Shown one piece after another: positions 61,535 to 64,000 of a DNA stretch of 64,000 bases (the stretch's first letter is position 1; the number at the start of each line of letters is the position of its first letter). The position numbers and the translations under genes are program-made. The stretch is from positions 21,911,042 through 21,975,041 of the forward strand of contig NC_057720.1 of assembly GCF_004010195.1 (NCBI RefSeq), given 5' to 3'. The notes under the pieces were generated by a model, which was not told the DNA's origin, did not search any database, and saw nothing but the letters and a program-made list of their open reading frames with translations. The DNA is from Chiloscyllium plagiosum. Lineage: Eukaryota.

Positions 61535-62929
61535 TGAAGAAGGTGTTTGATACCCTCGCCTTTATTGGTCACTGCATTGAGTGCAGGAGACATCATGTTG
61601 TGACTGTACAGGACATTGGTTAGGCCACTTTTGGAACACTGCATTCAATTCTAGTCTCCCTGCTGTAGGAAATATGTTGTGAAACTTGAAAGGGTCAGAA
61701 AAGATTGACAAGGATGTTGTAGGGTTGGACGGTTAGAGAAGATGGGAGTGGCTGAATAGGCTGGGGCTATTTTTCCCTGGAGTGTTAGAGGCTGAGGGGT
61801 GACCTTATAGAAGTTTATAAAATCATGAGCAGCATGGATAGAATTAATAATCAAAGTATTTCCTCCAGGATAGGGGAGTCCAAAGCTAGAGGGCATAGGT
61901 TTAAGGTGAGAGGTGGAAAGATTTAAAAGGGACCTAAGGGGTAACTTTTTCACGTGAATGGAATGAGCTGCCAGAGGAGGTAGTGGATGCTAGTACAATT
62001 ACAAAATTTCAAAGGCATCTAGATAGGTACATGTTTAGGAAGAGAGTAGAGGGATATGGGCTAAAAGCTGGCAAATGGAAGCAGATTGATTTAGGATATC
62101 TGGCCGCAATGGACAAATTGGACCAAAGGGCGTGTTTCTGTGCTGTACAGCTCTATAGTGGTCACCCAATGCTTCTTGGTCTGTGTGCCCTTACTTTGGG
62201 TGAGATCTGCTCATTAAATGGACTATTCACGACATTCTCAGCCTCATGGAGACTTCATAGTGAGTCCATCCACAGCTCCAGCTACTCCATGGGGCAGATG
62301 AGTGAATATACGTGACCTAAATACCCCAATTGCAAATAATTCGTAACACCTCCGGTCAAACAAAACTGTGACAATACTCAGAGGTCCAGCCAACAAAAGT
62401 CATTGCTTTGTCTCTGATTAACAGGCTGATCAAATTCCTCTTAAGATAATTCATCCAAGACTTGATGTGCACCTAATTGTCTGACAATAGAGTAGAGAAT
62501 CAAGAGAGCTAATACAGAGGTGGATTCCTGTATTACATTAAAACTATTTCATTACTGTAAATAAGATAAATAAAATTCCAGGGATGAATCTTTGAGGGCT
62601 TTAAGACAACATAATGCAGGAATGGACATCGAAACCATTGTTTAAGAAGTTCTATTGAAGATTGGCCAGGTAACAATGGAGCCAAATCAAACAGTCCTAT
62701 GGAAACAGAGATCAGAGAAAAGGCAATCCAGGAGAGTGGTTCATTCAATTCTGTCAAAAACAGCAAAGAAGCCAAGTACCCAAGGAGGCTTCAAGTTGCT
62801 GAGAATATATTTGATTTGGAATACATTGCCACTGTGTAAAGAGTGAAGCCATAATTGGTGTGATTCAAACAAGGTGATGTTGGAGTTTTGAAGAGGAAAT
62901 GAGGCTAAAGCTAGGTTGATAGTTAACAA

Positions 62930-63085
62930 GGTTTGGATTGGTTAGCTGAGGTTACCATGAAGGACTCTCCTTCTTAACCTCTGCCTCTGCTTGAGGCATG
63001 GTGACCTTCAGCTGAACCCACCAGTGTCTCTCACTCTCTCTAATGAGAGAGCAGCCCTCTAGTCTGGTAAGACTATAGAACCTTG
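62930..63085 (+). repeat. Interspersed SINE-like repeat, second copy at about 48150-48250
   Basis: ctgaggttaccatgaaggactctccttc...tgaggcatggtgacc resembles ctgaggtcaccttgaaggttctgccttc...tgaggtgtggtgacc. Confidence 0.5.
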
Positions 63086-63578
63086 ACCATTTTTGCTAAC
63101 AAGGCTTCAGGATGAGTTTTTAAGAGGTTTAATGATATCAACGGACCTGAAAGGGAAGGGGACCGTAATTGAGGTGAGGGGATCATTCAGAATATCAGCT
63201 GACGTGGACGGTCAGAAAGAAAAGGATATTAGTAGGTATGGGGTCAAGAGAGTAGGAAATGGCAACCACAATGAACTTGAAATGGTGGGAATTGTAAGGT
63301 GATGAGGGGTTATAGATAAAATAGGAGAAAAACCTGAATATCAACAGATGTAATGATATAAATATTGACACAGGGCTGTAGGTGTAGGTTCTCTTTCCAG
63401 TTTTATTTTGAATGTAATATTTTCATCCTTTCCTTTTTTCTATTTAATATTATTAAAAAAAGTAGAATTGACTAGAAATATTTATTATATAGATCAGCAT
63501 ATGTTGCTTCACATATTTAAGAGTAAAATAAAATGAAGTTAAATTATATGTACTGACAGCATCTTGCTTTATTAACAG

Positions 63579-63606
63579 GCAAAAGTAGCTTAAAACTAAC
63601 AATACA
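63579..63606 (+). CDS. Candidate 28-nt exon of an unidentified host gene
   Basis: Branch-point consensus TACTGAC at 63551, tcttgctttattaacAG|GCAAAAGTAGCTTAAAACTAACAATACA|GTAAGT; one open frame, xKSSLKLTIx. Confidence 0.35.
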
Positions 63607-64000
63607 GTAAGTATGGTGAATAAAAGTCTGAGGTGGAAGACATTGCAAGAATCCCTGTGGTTTAGTACAGCATAAGTAAATGCTTATAGTTTACTGGAAA
63701 AAAGGAAATAAATTCTTTATAGGGTATGTGTTTCTCATAAACAATCAAACCTTTTGGTTTCTGAATTATTTGTCAAAGTAACTGATTCTGTAGCAGGAAC
63801 TGAGCCTACAGCTCTCAGTAAAACAAGTGTTTGTTATTCTCCCAGGAATATTCTTCTCACTGATCTGTTTAATATTCAAATGTCACAGCTCCCTGCATTG
63901 TGATACCTGGGTCATTAATCTCACTATACAGTTGAGTGTGTTGTTCTCTAGATCTGCATTTCAAGTGCGCAATCTAAGTGTTTCGCTCGGCAGAAATATT

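Larger units (their letters stand above)
59995..62157 (+). mobile_element. CR1-type LINE RT to 3' end, interrupted by a solo LTR and a P4 element
   Basis: NYRPVSLTSVVG, tttgcagatgacacc (FADDT), DLGVQVH, C-terminal region. Confidence 0.88.

Overview
Eukaryotic, AT-rich, transposon-dense genomic DNA with five N-gaps, most likely from an elasmobranch (shark or ray), judging from the HE1-type SINEs and matching CR1-type LINEs. I found no intact multi-exon protein-coding gene. Nearly all ORFs in the track are decayed retroelement fragments or artefacts of the N-runs. Contents: many CR1-type LINE fragments (two families), HE1/V-SINEs, a degraded Gypsy gag-protease remnant, three solo LTRs with 4-bp TSDs, a TA-flanked Tc1/mariner-pogo-type MITE, two tandem arrays, and Penelope-like elements (PLEs). 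The main signal is a set of about a dozen minimal type I hammerhead-ribozyme cores (CUGANGA-N-stem II-GAAA-palindromic stem III-NUH) in four distinct PLE pseudo-LTR families. Several sit in short non-coding fold-back elements flanked by 8-15 bp target-site duplications. Hammerheads in PLEs are already known; whether these fold-back units are mobile families of their own is open. Two tiny + strand candidate exons suggest the window may lie inside a long-intron gene. Boundaries of old repeats are approximate and family names come from recognition, not database search.
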